A DNA stretch of 64,000 bases from Alphaproteobacteria bacterium (GTDB taxonomy: Bacteria > Pseudomonadota > Alphaproteobacteria > Bin95): assembly GCA_038102935.1 (NCBI GenBank), contig JAYNYG010000005.1:6574-70573 (forward strand). Direction: 5' to 3'. Each line of letters begins with the position of its first letter. Within the stretch, counting starts at the first letter, position 1. The notes below the pieces were generated by a model, which had not been told where the DNA came from, ran no database searches, and saw nothing but the letters and a program-made list of their open reading frames with translations. This document shows, one piece after another, positions 1 to 11,813 of this stretch. The translations under genes were made by a program, and so were the position numbers.

Positions 1-946
1 TGATGCGAATGATGCGGGCGGCGCCATCGACGACGCTCGCTTCAATCGCGCGACGCTCGGCGTCTATGAAATGGGCTCAACGTTCAAGTTGTTCACCGCT
101 GCAATGGCCTTAGAGGCTGGACATGCGAAGCTCTTGACGCGATTTGACGCCTCCAAGCCTTTGAAGATCGGTCGCTTCACGATCCGTGATTTTTACGCCA
201 AGAACCGTTGGCTGACGGTCGAAGAAATTCTGATTCACTCCTCCAACATCGGCGCCGCGCGGATGGCTGAGTTGAGCGGTCCCGCCGGACAGCGCGCGTT
301 CATGGGCAAGCTCGGCATGCTCCAGCCGGTAGCGCTTGAAGTCAGTGATGTCGGCTCGCCCCTAAAGCCTCGGCGCTGGGGCGATACGGCGATGCTGACG
401 ATATCGTTCGGCCATGGCCTCGCCGTGACGCCAGTGCACATGACAGCGGCGCTGTCCGCTTTGGTGAATGGCGGCATTTATCGCCAACCGACCGTCGTGA
501 AGCGCCTGCCGGGCGAAGCGGCGCAAGGCAAGCGGATCGTCTCTGAGAAAGTGAGCGACGATGTTCGCTGGTTGATGCGCCAAGTCGTTGTGAACGGCAC
601 CGGATGGAAGGCGGACACAGCCTTTTATCCCGTTGGCGGCAAGACCGGCACGGCTGAAAAAGCCCGTGGTCGGCGGGGCTATGACAAGAATGAAAAGCTT
701 GCGTCCTTCATCGCGGCTTTCCCGATTCATGATCCAAAATATGTGCTGCTGGTCATGGTCGATGAGCCAAAGGGCCGGAAAGATACCTTCGGCTATGCCA
801 CAGGCGGCTGGGTCGCCGCCCCTGCTGTGAAAGCGATCATCGAACGGTCCGGCCCCGCTTTGGGCCTGGAGCCGATTGGCCCGGAGCATCCGGCGCGCCA
901 ATCCGCGATCCTGTCTATCAAGAAGCGCCCGAAGGAAAAGCGATGA
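1..946 (+). CDS. ftsI: Peptidoglycan D,D-transpeptidase FtsI (PBP3), C-terminal portion; 5' end lies outside the window
   Basis: Frame open from nt 2 (ORF track 71..946 is the same frame). Active-site SxxK motif GSTFK at about nt 70-85 and a KTGTA motif further downstream. Followed directly by murE in dcw order. Confidence 0.85.
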   Translation, partial: DANDAGGAIDDARFNRATLGVYEMGSTFKLFTAAMALEAGHAKLLTRFDASKPLKIGRFTIRDFYAKNRWLTVEEILIHSSNIGAARMAELSGPAGQRAFMGKLGMLQPVALEVSDVGSPLKPRRWGDTAMLTISFGHGLAVTPVHMTAALSALVNGGIYRQPTVVKRLPGEAAQGKRIVSEKVSDDVRWLMRQVVVNGTGWKADTAFYPVGGKTGTAEKARGRRGYDKNEKLASFIAAFPIHDPKYVLLVMVDEPKGRKDTFGYATGGWVAAPAVKAIIERSGPALGLEPIGPEHPARQSAILSIKKRPKEKR

Positions 947-2409
947 CGGTCGCCGCTGAAATCATCGCTGATCTCCGACAACCGGGCGCGCTCACTGCAG
1001 ACGTGCGCCAGTATGCCGGCCTGACAGCGGATAGCCGCAAGGTCGTGCGTGGCGGATTGTTCGCTGCGTTCCAAGGCGCCGAAATTGACGGCCGCCGCTT
1101 CGCAGACCAGGCGATCCTGGCTGGCGCGGCTGCGATCCTAACGGATATGCGCCCCCTAGATCATGGTTGGGGCGACAACGTTCACGTCATTCAACTAGAG
1201 GATCCCCGTGCGGCGCTCGCATCCATGGCGGCTGCGTATTATGGCGTCAGGCCAGATACGGCGGCCCTGGTTACAGGCTCCAGCGGCAAGACTTCAACGG
1301 TCGAGTTCGCCCGCCAACTTTGGCAGGCGGTTGGTCGGCCTGCCGCCAGCATGGGCACCTTGGGTGTTGTAGCGCCTGGCGCGAAATCCTATGGCGGCCT
1401 GACATCGCCTGATCCAGTCGCGATGATGGCGGCGCTGGCGAAATTGGCGGGCGCTGGCGTATCAGCGGTCGCGATTGAAGCGTCCAGCCATGGCTTGGAT
1501 CAAAGCCGGTTGGACGGCGTCGGGGCCGAAATCGGCGCCTTCACTTCATTCAGCCGCGATCACCTGGATTATCACGGCGACGAACAATCTTACCTGAATG
1601 CCAAGCTCCGCTTGTTCCGTAAAGTTCTGGCGCCGGGCGCTGCCGCTGTGATCTGCGCGGATATGAAGAACGCCGATCAGGCCATCGCCGCTGCAACGCT
1701 CGCCGGGCACGCCGTTCTGACATACGGACGCGGCGGCAATTTCCTAAAGTTAAGCGGCCTGTATCCAGATGGCTATGGCCAAGTGATGGAGATCACTCAT
1801 CCAGACGGCGTGACAACCGTGCGCCTCGACCATTTCGCTGGTTTCCAGGCCGAAAACGCGCTCGCCGCTGCAAGCATTGTCATCGCTGGCGGCGCTGATA
1901 TTGAGGATACGCTCGCGGCGATTGAAGGCCTCGCACAGCCGCCGGGGCGCATGCAGCGCGCGGCGGTCACGGCGTCTGGCGCGCCTGTATATGTTGATTA
2001 CTCCCACAAGCCTGATGCGCTGAAACAGGCGTTGGCGGCGCTCAATCGGGTAGTGACAGGCAATGTCACCGTCGTGTTCGGCTGCGGCGGCGACAGGGAT
2101 GCGGGCAAGCGCCCGATCATGGGCGCGATTGCGGCTTCCGGCGCGGATCGCGTGATTGTCACGGATGACAATCCCCGCGGCGAAAACCCCACTGAAATTC
2201 GCGCGCAAATCCTGGAAGCGGCGCCAGAGGCAGAGGAAATCGCAGATCGGCGGGCGGCCATTCGGGCTGCAATGCAAGGCGTTGGCGCAGATGATGTCGT
2301 TCTGATCGCAGGCAAAGGTCACGAACAGGGCCAGACCGTCGGCGACCTCACCATGCCTTTCGATGATGTTGAAGAAGCCCAAGCCGCTGTCGCGGAGGTG
2401 CGGCAATGA
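943..2409 (+). CDS. murE: UDP-N-acetylmuramoyl-L-alanyl-D-glutamate--2,6-diaminopimelate ligase
   Basis: 488 aa Mur ligase with P-loop GSSGKTST; position between ftsI and murF; 4-bp overlap with ftsI stop. Confidence 0.9.
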   Translation: MTVAAEIIADLRQPGALTADVRQYAGLTADSRKVVRGGLFAAFQGAEIDGRRFADQAILAGAAAILTDMRPLDHGWGDNVHVIQLEDPRAALASMAAAYYGVRPDTAALVTGSSGKTSTVEFARQLWQAVGRPAASMGTLGVVAPGAKSYGGLTSPDPVAMMAALAKLAGAGVSAVAIEASSHGLDQSRLDGVGAEIGAFTSFSRDHLDYHGDEQSYLNAKLRLFRKVLAPGAAAVICADMKNADQAIAAATLAGHAVLTYGRGGNFLKLSGLYPDGYGQVMEITHPDGVTTVRLDHFAGFQAENALAAASIVIAGGADIEDTLAAIEGLAQPPGRMQRAAVTASGAPVYVDYSHKPDALKQALAALNRVVTGNVTVVFGCGGDRDAGKRPIMGAIAASGADRVIVTDDNPRGENPTEIRAQILEAAPEAEEIADRRAAIRAAMQGVGADDVVLIAGKGHEQGQTVGDLTMPFDDVEEAQAAVAEVRQ

Positions 2410-3833
2410 CCAGCATTCTTTGGCAGGCAAATGAGGCGGCGGCTGCGACTGGTGGGGCAACATCCGGCGCATGGGCGGCGTCCGGCATTGTGATCGACAG
2501 CCGCGCGGTCCATCCGGGCGACTTGTTTGTCGCCATCGCCGGTGACCGATTGGATGGTCATGCATATGTTCAATCTGCACTTGCCAACGGCGCGGCGGCG
2601 GCGCTCGTTCACAAAGCGCCTGAAGGCGTGGGCGCAGGCGATTCGCGCTTACTGATGACGCCGGATACGACCAAAGCGCTCGCTGCCCTTGGCGCGGCTT
2701 CCCGCAAGCGTACAGATGCGCAGGTCGTTGCGGTGACGGGCAGCGTTGGTAAAACCGGCACAAAGGAAATGCTGCGCCGTGCGCTTGGCGTTTTGGGGGC
2801 GACCCATGCCAGCGAAGGCAATCTAAACAATCACTGGGGCGCGCCGCTTTCCCTCGCGCGGATGCGGGCGGATACAGCGTTTGGCGTATTCGAGCTTGGC
2901 ATGAACCATGCCGGCGAGATTGGCCCGCTTAGCCGCATGACTCAGCCCCATGGCGCTATCATCACGCGGATCGCGCCTGCGCACACGGAATTTTTCGACA
3001 GCATCGAAGCCGTTGCTGACGCCAAGGCGGAAATCTTTGAAGGCGTTCAGCCCGGCGGCTTCGCGGTGCTGAATGCGGATGATCCGATGTTTGGCCGCTT
3101 GGCTCGGAAGGCTCGGCAGGCTGGGATTGAACGGGTGATCCGGTTCGGCGAGTTGCGTGGGTCCGACGTTCGGCTGACCAAACTCAAGCTCAGCGAAACT
3201 GGCTCCCGCGTCGATGCTGAAATTTTGGGCGAACAGGTTCGTTATACATTGCAGGCGCCGGGGGCTCATTGGGCCGCGAACAGCCTCGCCGTGCTGGCTG
3301 CTGTTCACGGTCTCGGTGGGGACATCAAGGTTGCTGCAAAAGCCCTAGCGGATATGAAAGCCCCGGCTGGACGTGGCGAGCGTCGCCAGATTGCGCTTGC
3401 GGGTGGTCAGATCGATCTCATCGACGAGAGCTATAACGCCAGCCCTGTCGCCGTTCGGGCGGCGTTTGCCGCATTGGCGCTGGCGAAGCCGAAGCGCCGG
3501 GGTCGCCGGATCGCGATCCTTGGGGACATGCTGGAACTCGGCGTTGAATCGCCGCTGCATCACGCCGGTCTCGCCGATGCGTTCCTGTCCGCCAAGCTCG
3601 ACCTAGCCCATGCGGCAGGCCCCGAAAGCAAACAGTTTTTTGAGGCGCTGCCGCCGAAATTCCGTGGCAAATGGGCGGAGAATTCTGAAGCGCTGGCAGT
3701 GGACGCAGCAGATCTCGCGCGCGCTGGCGATGTTGTTTTAGTCAAAGGGTCGTTGGGCATGGGCATGCGCCGCATTGTCGACGCCTTGGAAGCGCTGGGC
3801 TCGCCGGCATCTGGAGCGGCCCATGCTGTTTAA
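2406..3833 (+). CDS. murF: UDP-N-acetylmuramoyl-tripeptide--D-alanyl-D-alanine ligase
   Basis: 475 aa Mur ligase with P-loop [11 protein letters not shown]; dcw order; ATGA overlap with murE. Confidence 0.9.
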   Translation: MTSILWQANEAAAATGGATSGAWAASGIVIDSRAVHPGDLFVAIAGDRLDGHAYVQSALANGAAAALVHKAPEGVGAGDSRLLMTPDTTKALAALGAASRKRTDAQVVAVTGSVGKTGTKEMLRRALGVLGATHASEGNLNNHWGAPLSLARMRADTAFGVFELGMNHAGEIGPLSRMTQPHGAIITRIAPAHTEFFDSIEAVADAKAEIFEGVQPGGFAVLNADDPMFGRLARKARQAGIERVIRFGELRGSDVRLTKLKLSETGSRVDAEILGEQVRYTLQAPGAHWAANSLAVLAAVHGLGGDIKVAAKALADMKAPAGRGERRQIALAGGQIDLIDESYNASPVAVRAAFAALALAKPKRRGRRIAILGDMLELGVESPLHHAGLADAFLSAKLDLAHAAGPESKQFFEALPPKFRGKWAENSEALAVDAADLARAGDVVLVKGSLGMGMRRIVDALEALGSPASGAAHAV

Positions 3834-4911
3834 TATCCTCCCCGCTTTCGCGGATGAATTCCAATTTTTCAATCTGTTCCGCTACCTGACCTTCCGGTCT
3901 GGCGGGGCGGTGATTACAGCGTTGATCCTTAGCTTCGTGCTCGGCCCAAGCTTGATCCGTTGGCTAAAGAAAAAGCAGGGCGAAGGGCAGCCGATCCGCT
4001 TGGACGGCCCTGAAAGCCACCTGCTGACCAAGCGCGGCACGCCCACCATGGGCGGCGTCCTCATCCTATTTTCGCTGACGGTCTCGACCCTGCTTTGGGC
4101 CGACCTGTCCAACCCTTACGTTTGGACGGTGCTGCTGGTGACAGGCGGCTTCGGCATGATCGGCTTTGCGGATGACTATCTGAAGCTTACCAAGCGCAAC
4201 ACCAAAGGCCTTTCCGGCAAGCTGAAATTGGCGGCGCAATTGGCCGTTAGCGGCAGCGCCGCCGCAATCATCATGACGACAGCGGACCCTGCGCTCGCGA
4301 CCGGCGTATCCGTGCCGTTCTTCAAAGACTTGCTGATTGATCTCGGCATTCTGTTCATCCCCTTCGCCATGATCGTAATGACGGGTTCCTCCAACGCGGT
4401 GAACCTGACAGACGGCCTGGACGGCTTGGCGATCGTGCCCGTGATGATCGCCGCTGGCGTCTTCGCGCTCATCGCATATCTCGCTGGCAACACGGTTTTC
4501 TCGGAATACCTGCAGATCCTTTATGTGCCGGGGGCTGGCGAACTGGCGATCATCTGCGCCTCGCTTTGCGGCGCCAGCTTGGGCTTCCTTTGGTTCAATG
4601 CGCCTCCGGCCATGGTGTTCATGGGCGATACGGGCAGTCTGGCTTGTGGCGGCGCGCTTGGCGCCATCGCCGTCGTCGCCAAACATGAGCTGGTGCTGGC
4701 GATCGTCGGTGGGCTGTTTGTGCTTGAAACGGTGTCGGTCATCGTGCAAGTCGCGTCATTCAAGCTTACCGGCAAGCGCGTCTTCCGCATGGCGCCGTTG
4801 CATCATCACTTTGAGAAAAAGGGCTGGGCGGAGCCGACCATCGTTATCCGCTTCTGGATCATTGCTTCCGTGCTGGCGCTCGCTGGCCTCGCCACGTTGA
4901 AATTGCGGTGA
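3823..4911 (+). CDS. mraY: Phospho-N-acetylmuramoyl-pentapeptide transferase
   Basis: Polytopic membrane protein. Conserved N-terminus MLFNILPAF begins at the in-frame ATG 3823; ORF track start 3775 would overlap murF by 59 nt. dcw position. Confidence 0.88.
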   Translation: MLFNILPAFADEFQFFNLFRYLTFRSGGAVITALILSFVLGPSLIRWLKKKQGEGQPIRLDGPESHLLTKRGTPTMGGVLILFSLTVSTLLWADLSNPYVWTVLLVTGGFGMIGFADDYLKLTKRNTKGLSGKLKLAAQLAVSGSAAAIIMTTADPALATGVSVPFFKDLLIDLGILFIPFAMIVMTGSSNAVNLTDGLDGLAIVPVMIAAGVFALIAYLAGNTVFSEYLQILYVPGAGELAIICASLCGASLGFLWFNAPPAMVFMGDTGSLACGGALGAIAVVAKHELVLAIVGGLFVLETVSVIVQVASFKLTGKRVFRMAPLHHHFEKKGWAEPTIVIRFWIIASVLALAGLATLKLR

Positions 4912-4918
4912 GGGGCGG

Positions 4919-6313
4919 ATGATCGATCTTTCTCACCTCAAAGGCAGGCGCTACGGCGTGTTCGGGCTTGGCCGCACTGGCATGGCCGCCGTACAGGCGC
5001 TCGTTGCTGGCGGTGCCTATGTGTTGGCTTGGGACGACAATGCTGATCAGCGCCAAGCTGCGGCAGATGCGGGCGCTGAACTTGCGGACTTCGCGACCGC
5101 GCCGCTGAATTATCTGGAAGCCATCGTATGGAGCCCCGGCGCGCCCTTCCTGGCGCCGAAACCGCTGCCCGCCGCGATGGCCGCGCGCCGTGCGGGTGTT
5201 CCGCTGATCAGCGACGTGCAGTTGCTGCTGGATGCAGCGCCCGATGCGACCTTCATTGGCGTCACAGGTTCAAACGGCAAATCGACTACGACGGCACTGA
5301 TCGCCCATATCCTGGATCAAGCCGGGCGCCCGAATGACGCTGGCGGCAATCTCGGCCCGCCGACGCTTGGGCTGGATATGTTGGGCGCTGATGGCGTCTA
5401 TGTGCTTGAGCTTTCCTCATACCAGCTCGAATTGACCCCAAACCCGCGCTTCAACGCTGCTTTACTGCTGAACCTTGAGCCGGACCACCTGGAACGCCAT
5501 GGCGGCATGCATGCATATGGCGCCATCAAACGGACGATTTTCGATGGCCAGCCAGAAGGTGCGGTCGCGATCATCGGCGTTGACGATGCGCATGGCCAAT
5601 GGCTGAAGCCGCGCCTCGCCAACCCAACGACTGTATCATCTGGAACGGATATTCCAGCAGACATCTATGCCGATGAGACGGCGCTTTATGATGCTGGCGC
5701 GCCTGTGTTCAAGTTTGAGAATGCGATTGCGCTCGGCGGATCGCATAACCGCCAGAACGCCGCTGCCGCCTACGCCGCTTGCCAGGCAGTCGGCGTTGCG
5801 GTGGCTGATATCGCGCGCGGCCTCGCCAGTTTTCCTGGCCTGCCGCATCGCCAAGAACGCGTCGTGACGGTGGGGCAGGTCGACTACGTCAATGATTCCA
5901 AGGCGACCAATGCCAGTGCAACAATACGTGCGCTCGCGAGCTTTGAGAGGGTCTATTGGATTGCAGGCGGATTGCCGAAAGATGGCGGTCTCTCTGGCAT
6001 GGAGCCTTGGTTAAGCCGCGTCCAGAAGACCTATCTGATCGGCGAAGCGGCGCCCGCCTTTATACTGCAATTGGCGCAGATGGCGCCGGACCTGGCGGTG
6101 GAAGACTGCGGGGATCTCACGTCTGCATTGAATGCGGCCCATCGCGACGCTCAGTCCAATGTTGAGCCTTCGGTAGTTCTGCTCTCGCCCGCCTGCGCGT
6201 CCTTCGACCAGTTCCCAAGCTATGAAGCGCGCGGCGATGCATTTCGTGCGGCGGCGCATCGCCTCACGCAGGCCCAGGCCCGTCCCAAGCTTCAAGGGGG
6301 GGCTGCGGCATGA
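4919..6313 (+). CDS. murD: UDP-N-acetylmuramoylalanine--D-glutamate ligase
   Basis: 464 aa with Rossmann-like N-terminus and Mur ligase P-loop GVTGSNGKSTTT; dcw order. Confidence 0.9.
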   Translation: MIDLSHLKGRRYGVFGLGRTGMAAVQALVAGGAYVLAWDDNADQRQAAADAGAELADFATAPLNYLEAIVWSPGAPFLAPKPLPAAMAARRAGVPLISDVQLLLDAAPDATFIGVTGSNGKSTTTALIAHILDQAGRPNDAGGNLGPPTLGLDMLGADGVYVLELSSYQLELTPNPRFNAALLLNLEPDHLERHGGMHAYGAIKRTIFDGQPEGAVAIIGVDDAHGQWLKPRLANPTTVSSGTDIPADIYADETALYDAGAPVFKFENAIALGGSHNRQNAAAAYAACQAVGVAVADIARGLASFPGLPHRQERVVTVGQVDYVNDSKATNASATIRALASFERVYWIAGGLPKDGGLSGMEPWLSRVQKTYLIGEAAPAFILQLAQMAPDLAVEDCGDLTSALNAAHRDAQSNVEPSVVLLSPACASFDQFPSYEARGDAFRAAAHRLTQAQARPKLQGGAAA

Positions 6314-7434
6314 TCGGTATTCAGCGCGGCGACAATACTGTTATTGGCCGCTGGTGGTGGACGGTAGACCGTCCGCTGCTATTCGGCTTGCTGGGCCTTA
6401 TGGGCATTGGCCTTGTGCTGGTGATTATCGCGAGCCCAGGCGTGGCTGAGCGCATTGATGCGCCGACATTCCACTTTGTGAAGCGGCACCTGATGCTGCT
6501 TCCAGTGGCGGTTGGCCTGATGTTGGCGGCGTCGCTTCTGAACCCGCGCCAGACGCGTGCGGCGGCGCTATTGCTGCTGCTGGGCGCCGTTGCGGCGCTG
6601 GTGCTCACCATTGCTATTGGCGTTGAGATCAAGGGCGCGCGCCGTTGGATCCCGCTTGGCGGCTTCTCGCTGCAGGCGTCTGAATTCGCCAAACCAGCCA
6701 TGGCCGTGATGGCTGGCTGGATGCTCGCGCAACATCGCCTTAAGGGCGGCAGCTGGTATTTGATCGGCGCGCTTCTGGCGTTTGGCGTGCCGCTCAGCCT
6801 AACGGCGATTCAGCCAGATGTGGGCGCGTCTGTCGTGATGACAGCGGTCTTTGGCATGCAGGTGTTCATTGCCGGAATTTCGCTTTGGGCCGCTGCATTG
6901 ATGGCGATGGCGGCGCTCGGTTGCTTCGGCCTAGCCTATTTATATGTGCCGCATGTCACGAGCCGTGTTGATCGATATCTAGACCCTGCTGCCGGCGACA
7001 CCTACCAGATTGACATGTCGCTGAACGCCTTCCGCTCTGGCGGTCTGATCGGTCGGGGGCCTGGCGACGGGGTGCTCAAGGGCGCCCTGCCAGATGCGCA
7101 TTCAGATTTCATTTTCGCCGTTGCGGGCGAAGAGCTCGGCCTGATCGCTTGCATGGGCATCATCGCTTTGTTCGCCTTCATCGTGCTTCGGGCTTTCGCG
7201 CGGGCGCTGAAGGACGGTCAGCTGTTCACAATGCTGGCGGCGGGCGGTCTGGCGACGCTCTTTGGCGCGCAGGCGCTGGTCAATCTCGGCTCCACTTTGG
7301 CGCTGATCCCAACCAAAGGCATGACGCTGCCGTTCGTTAGTTACGGCGGTTCATCGTTGTTCGCGCTCGCGATCGGCATGGGCTTCGCGTTGGCGCTGAC
7401 CCGCAAGCGCCGGCACCAGGAGGAATTGGTATGA
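6310..7434 (+). CDS. ftsW: Peptidoglycan glycosyltransferase / lipid II flippase-family protein FtsW (SEDS family)
   Basis: 374 aa, about 10 predicted TM helices, FtsW/RodA-like; located between murD and murG; ATGA overlaps on both sides. Confidence 0.85.
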   Translation: MIGIQRGDNTVIGRWWWTVDRPLLFGLLGLMGIGLVLVIIASPGVAERIDAPTFHFVKRHLMLLPVAVGLMLAASLLNPRQTRAAALLLLLGAVAALVLTIAIGVEIKGARRWIPLGGFSLQASEFAKPAMAVMAGWMLAQHRLKGGSWYLIGALLAFGVPLSLTAIQPDVGASVVMTAVFGMQVFIAGISLWAAALMAMAALGCFGLAYLYVPHVTSRVDRYLDPAAGDTYQIDMSLNAFRSGGLIGRGPGDGVLKGALPDAHSDFIFAVAGEELGLIACMGIIALFAFIVLRAFARALKDGQLFTMLAAGGLATLFGAQALVNLGSTLALIPTKGMTLPFVSYGGSSLFALAIGMGFALALTRKRRHQEELV

Positions 7435-8555
7435 GCAAACCGCTTACCATCGTCCTCGCGGCTGGCGGCACCGGCGGACATATGTTCCCGGCGATTGCAG
7501 TTGGCGATGCGCTGAAGGCGCGCGGTCACCGGGTGATCGCGGCGACGGACGGGCGCGGCCAACGCTTTGGCTCCGGCATTGAAACAGAAAACGTGGTGGC
7601 TGGCGGCATTGCTGGCGGCATCGCGGGCAAACTGAAAGGCCTCACCAAAATTGGCCTCGGCACGGCCCAGGCGATGCGCATGCTGCGCCGCCGGAAGGCG
7701 GATGTTATTGTCGGCTTCGGCGGGTATCCAAGCTTGCCGACTATGCTTGCGGCGCTGGCGCTCAGAAAACGCACCGTCATCCACGATCAGAACGCAGTTC
7801 TAGGGCGCGCCAACCGGATGCTTGCAGGCCGCGTGAACCGCATCGCGACCTCATTCCCCAGTGTCAAAGGCGCGCCAGAAGGCTCTGTAATGCTGACGGG
7901 CAATCCTGTCAGGAGTGAGATCGTCGCTATTGGCGCAACCCCGTTTGCTGCGCCCGGTGATGGCGATGCAATCAATATTTTGATCTTTGGCGGCAGTCAG
8001 GGCGCCCGCATCTTTAGCGATGTTTTGCCGGAAGCGGTACAGGCGCTGCCGGATGATTTGCGCGGGCGCATTCAGATCGTCCAACAGGCGCGGCCTGAAG
8101 ACTTGGAACGCGTGCAAGCAGTTTACACAGAGGCAGGCCAACAAGCTGAAGTCGCGAGCTTCTTTGATGATATGCCGGAGCGTTTGCGTTCAGCGCATCT
8201 CGTGATTGCGCGGAGCGGCGCTTCCACGGTCGCGGAACTGGCGGCGGCTGGCCGCCCTTCGATCCTCATTCCCTACGCCGCCGCATTGGATGATCACCAA
8301 ACTGCCAATGCCTCGGCGCTGGTGGATGTGGGTGGCGCTTGGCATCTCACAGAAGCCAACATGACATCTGACGCTTTGGCAGCATTGATTGCAGAAGCGC
8401 TCAGCACACCTAGCGCGCTTGCGAAGGCCGCGACCGCCGCCCTTAACGCCGCACGGACCAACGCTGCAGATGCACTGGCGGATGTGATTGAAGGCGCTGC
8501 ACTGCAATCCAGCCGTCATCCCGCGTCCCAAACATTGGGAGGCATTGCGGCATGA
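7431..8555 (+). CDS. murG: UDP-N-acetylglucosamine--N-acetylmuramyl-(pentapeptide) pyrophosphoryl-undecaprenol GlcNAc transferase
   Basis: N-terminal [17 protein letters not shown] glycosyltransferase family 28 signature; dcw order. Confidence 0.9.
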   Translation: MSKPLTIVLAAGGTGGHMFPAIAVGDALKARGHRVIAATDGRGQRFGSGIETENVVAGGIAGGIAGKLKGLTKIGLGTAQAMRMLRRRKADVIVGFGGYPSLPTMLAALALRKRTVIHDQNAVLGRANRMLAGRVNRIATSFPSVKGAPEGSVMLTGNPVRSEIVAIGATPFAAPGDGDAINILIFGGSQGARIFSDVLPEAVQALPDDLRGRIQIVQQARPEDLERVQAVYTEAGQQAEVASFFDDMPERLRSAHLVIARSGASTVAELAAAGRPSILIPYAAALDDHQTANASALVDVGGAWHLTEANMTSDALAALIAEALSTPSALAKAATAALNAARTNAADALADVIEGAALQSSRHPASQTLGGIAA

Positions 8556-9976
8556 ACCGTATTCCTCTTGATATCGGCCCCATCCACTTCGTTGGCATCG
8601 GCGGCATTGGCATGAGCGGTATTGCCGAAGTGCTGCGGAACCTAAATTACAAGGTGCAGGGTTCCGACGTCGCGGCTGGCCCAACCGTCGAACGCTTGCG
8701 CGAGCTTGGCGTCACGGTCGAGATTGGACATGCCGCCGCCAACATTGGCGACGCCGCGGTGGTAGTCGTTTCCTCGGCGATTAGGGATGGCAACCCGGAA
8801 GTTGACGCCGCCCGCGCGCGTCGTATTCCGGTTGTCCGCCGGGCTGAAATGCTGGCGGAGCTGATGCGCCTCAAGTCCGCCATCGCGATTGGCGGCACAC
8901 ACGGCAAAACGACTACGACCTCGCTTGTCGCGGCGGTGTTGGCGGAAGCCGGGATGGACCCGACCGTCATCAATGGTGGCATCATCAACGCCCTTGGCGC
9001 CAACGCCTATTTGGGCGGCGGCGAATGGATGGTGGTTGAGGCGGACGAAAGCGATGGCGCATTCCTGAAACTGCCGTCTACGGTCGCAGTCGTGACCAAC
9101 GTGGACCCGGAGCATCTGGACCATTGGGGCAGCTTTGACGCTGTTCGTCAGGCCTTCCGCACCTTCATCGAAAACATCCCGTTTTACGGCTTCGCTATCG
9201 TCTGCGCCGACCATCCCGAAGCCCAGGCGCTGACGGCGGCCGTGCGCGACCGTCGCATCATCACCTACGGCTTCAATCCGCAGGCGGATGTCCGGGCGGA
9301 GAATGTGGAGCTTCGGGCCGAGGGCGCCAAATTTGATGTAATCGCGCGTCTGCCGGGCGCCCGTGAAGATATCCGCATCGATGGTCTCGAGCTGCCGATG
9401 TTTGGCAAGCATAATGTCCAGAACGCGCTGGTCGCCGTCGCGGTCTCGCTGGAGCTTGGCGTGGCGGATGCGCAGGTGCGGCGCGGGTTGGCCGCATTTG
9501 GCGGCGTCAAGCGGCGCTTCACTAAAACGGGCGAAGTTGCAGGCGTTACAGTTATTGATGATTACGGCCATCATCCGGTGGAGATTTCCGCTGTACTGGC
9601 CGCTGCGCGCAGTGTTGCGACGGGCCGCGTGGTCGCCGTCGCACAGCCGCATCGTTACAGTCGCCTCCGCGATCATCTGGACGAGTTCTGCACCTGCTTC
9701 AATGATGCGGACCATGTGATAGTGGCGCCGGTATATGCCGCTGGCGAAGCGCCGCTTGACGGCATTGACCACACCACGCTGGCTGAAGGCTTGATCGCGC
9801 ATGGTCACAAATCCGTCCAAACGATTGATGGGCCAGAGGCGCTCGCAAACGCCATCGCGCCTGATATGGCGGCGGGCGATTTTGTCATCTGCCTGGGCGC
9901 GGGGACCATCACGCGCTGGGCCGCAGCTCTGCCAGGCGAGTTGGAAGCGCTGATTGATGCGGGAGGGGCCGGATGA
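8552..9976 (+). CDS. murC: UDP-N-acetylmuramate--L-alanine ligase
   Basis: 474 aa with Mur ligase P-loop [12 protein letters not shown] and N-terminal [11 protein letters not shown]; dcw order. Confidence 0.9.
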   Translation: MNRIPLDIGPIHFVGIGGIGMSGIAEVLRNLNYKVQGSDVAAGPTVERLRELGVTVEIGHAAANIGDAAVVVVSSAIRDGNPEVDAARARRIPVVRRAEMLAELMRLKSAIAIGGTHGKTTTTSLVAAVLAEAGMDPTVINGGIINALGANAYLGGGEWMVVEADESDGAFLKLPSTVAVVTNVDPEHLDHWGSFDAVRQAFRTFIENIPFYGFAIVCADHPEAQALTAAVRDRRIITYGFNPQADVRAENVELRAEGAKFDVIARLPGAREDIRIDGLELPMFGKHNVQNALVAVAVSLELGVADAQVRRGLAAFGGVKRRFTKTGEVAGVTVIDDYGHHPVEISAVLAAARSVATGRVVAVAQPHRYSRLRDHLDEFCTCFNDADHVIVAPVYAAGEAPLDGIDHTTLAEGLIAHGHKSVQTIDGPEALANAIAPDMAAGDFVICLGAGTITRWAAALPGELEALIDAGGAG

Positions 9977-10908
9977 ACGCCGCAGCCTCAATCGTCCAAG
10001 ATTTCCGGGATGCGCTGCCCAGCGTCAAAGGCCGGATTGCGTTTGACGCGCCCCTGGCCCGCTTCACATGGTTTGGCGTCGGCGGACCGGCTGATGTGTT
10101 GTTCCGCCCGCAAGATGCTGACGACCTCGCAACCTTCATGGCGGCATTGCCCGATGATGTGCCTGTGTGGCCGCTGGGCGTCGGCTCAAACGTCATTATT
10201 CGGGATGGCGGCGTGCGTGGCGTGGTCGTGCTGTTGCGTGGCGGGTTCACGGAAGTTGAGGCTGAGGATGATGTCGTAGTAGCAGGCGCGGGCGCGCTCG
10301 CAGCCAATGTAGCGCGGCGGGGCGCAGATGCTGGGCTTGGTGGATTGGAATTCCTATCCGGTGTGCCGGGATCAGTCGGCGGCGCCGTTCGGATGAATGC
10401 AGGCGCCTATGGCGGCGAGGTGACCGACGTTCTGGTCTCCGCTGAAGTGGTTACCCGTGCTGGCGAGGTATTGCGCCTAGATGCGGCCGAGCTTGGTTTT
10501 GCTTACCGACACTCTGATTTAGCCGTCGATGATATTGTCGTCCGCTCGGCTTTCCGGGGCGTCGAGGATGATTCAGATGTTGTGCGTCAGCGACTGCTTG
10601 ACGTTCAAGCCAAACGGGAAGAGAGCCAACCGCTCCGTTCTCGCACTGGCGGCAGCACCTTCCGCAACCCTGTAGGCGGCAAAGCCTGGGAGCTGATCGA
10701 TGCTGCTGGATGTCGGGGCATGCAGGTTGGCGGAGCCAAAGTCTCTGAAAAACACTGCAATTTCCTGATCGCTGAGGACGGCGCCACGGCAGCCGATATT
10801 GAAGCATTGGGGGCTGCAGTTCACGCCGCTGTCAAAAAGTCGAGTGGCATAGACCTGCATTGGGAAATCAAGCGTGTTGGTCGCGCTCTGCCGGAGGGTG
10901 GGGCATGA
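9973..10908 (+). CDS. murB: UDP-N-acetylenolpyruvoylglucosamine reductase
   Basis: 311 aa with FAD-binding-type N-terminal domain ([16 protein letters not shown]); lies between murC and ddl. Confidence 0.88.
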   Translation: MNAAASIVQDFRDALPSVKGRIAFDAPLARFTWFGVGGPADVLFRPQDADDLATFMAALPDDVPVWPLGVGSNVIIRDGGVRGVVVLLRGGFTEVEAEDDVVVAGAGALAANVARRGADAGLGGLEFLSGVPGSVGGAVRMNAGAYGGEVTDVLVSAEVVTRAGEVLRLDAAELGFAYRHSDLAVDDIVVRSAFRGVEDDSDVVRQRLLDVQAKREESQPLRSRTGGSTFRNPVGGKAWELIDAAGCRGMQVGGAKVSEKHCNFLIAEDGATAADIEALGAAVHAAVKKSSGIDLHWEIKRVGRALPEGGA

Positions 10909-11813
10909 CCAGAGTAGCAGTTCTCATGGGCGGCCTTTCTGCCGAGCGCGAAGTATCGCTTTCCAGCGGCAAAGCTTGCGCTGATGCGCTCCGCCGCGCC
11001 GGGTTCGATGTGGCCGAAATAGATGTGACGGGCGATATCGCGACACTTGCCGCCAAGCTTTCGCCGAAGCCCGATGTCGCGTTCAACGCGCTCCACGGGC
11101 GTTATGGTGAGGATGGCTGCATCCAAGGTTTGCTGGAGTTGATGGGCATTCCCTACACCCACTCCGGCGTGCTTGCGTCAGCCTTGGCGATGGACAAAGC
11201 GGCGGCGCGGACAGCGTTCCAATCCGTCGGTATCCGCGTGCCGGACGGGCAGGTGGCGCCGGTCGATCAAGCCCATGATGTTTATCCAGCCCCTTATGTC
11301 GTGAAACCTGTGGCAGAAGGCTCCAGCGTCGGCGTGATTATCGTGCCGGAGGGGGGCAACAGGGCTCCCATCGGCCAGGATTGGGGCTTCGGCGTCGAGG
11401 CTCTGGTCGAGCGTTATGTGCCAGGGCGTGAATTAACAGTCGCCGTCATGAACGGCCGCCCTCTCGGCGCGCTCGAAATTCTGTCAGACGCTGAATTCTA
11501 TGATTATGACGCCAAGTATGCGCCGGGCGGTTCTAGCCATGTTCAGCCGGACGATGCGCCGGCGGACGTCCTGAGCGCTGCTGAGGCCGCCGCTGTCGAG
11601 GCCCATAAAGTGCTCGGCTGCCGGGGCGTCACCCGCGCAGATTTCCGCTGGGATGATAGCCAACCTGGCGCCGATGGCCTCTATCTGTTGGAGATCAACA
11701 CCCAGCCCGGCATGACGGAAACGTCGCTGGTGCCCGAAATTGCAGAGAATGCCGGGATCGATTTTCCGGCCCTGGTGACATGGATGGTGGAGGACGCGCG
11801 ATGCGGGCCCTGA
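10905..11813 (+). CDS. ddl: D-alanine--D-alanine ligase
   Basis: ATP-grasp enzyme. N-terminus [18 protein letters not shown] begins at in-frame ATG 10905, overlapping the murB stop as ATGA. ORF track start 10860 is a TTG further upstream. Confidence 0.88.
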   Translation: MTRVAVLMGGLSAEREVSLSSGKACADALRRAGFDVAEIDVTGDIATLAAKLSPKPDVAFNALHGRYGEDGCIQGLLELMGIPYTHSGVLASALAMDKAAARTAFQSVGIRVPDGQVAPVDQAHDVYPAPYVVKPVAEGSSVGVIIVPEGGNRAPIGQDWGFGVEALVERYVPGRELTVAVMNGRPLGALEILSDAEFYDYDAKYAPGGSSHVQPDDAPADVLSAAEAAAVEAHKVLGCRGVTRADFRWDDSQPGADGLYLLEINTQPGMTETSLVPEIAENAGIDFPALVTWMVEDARCGP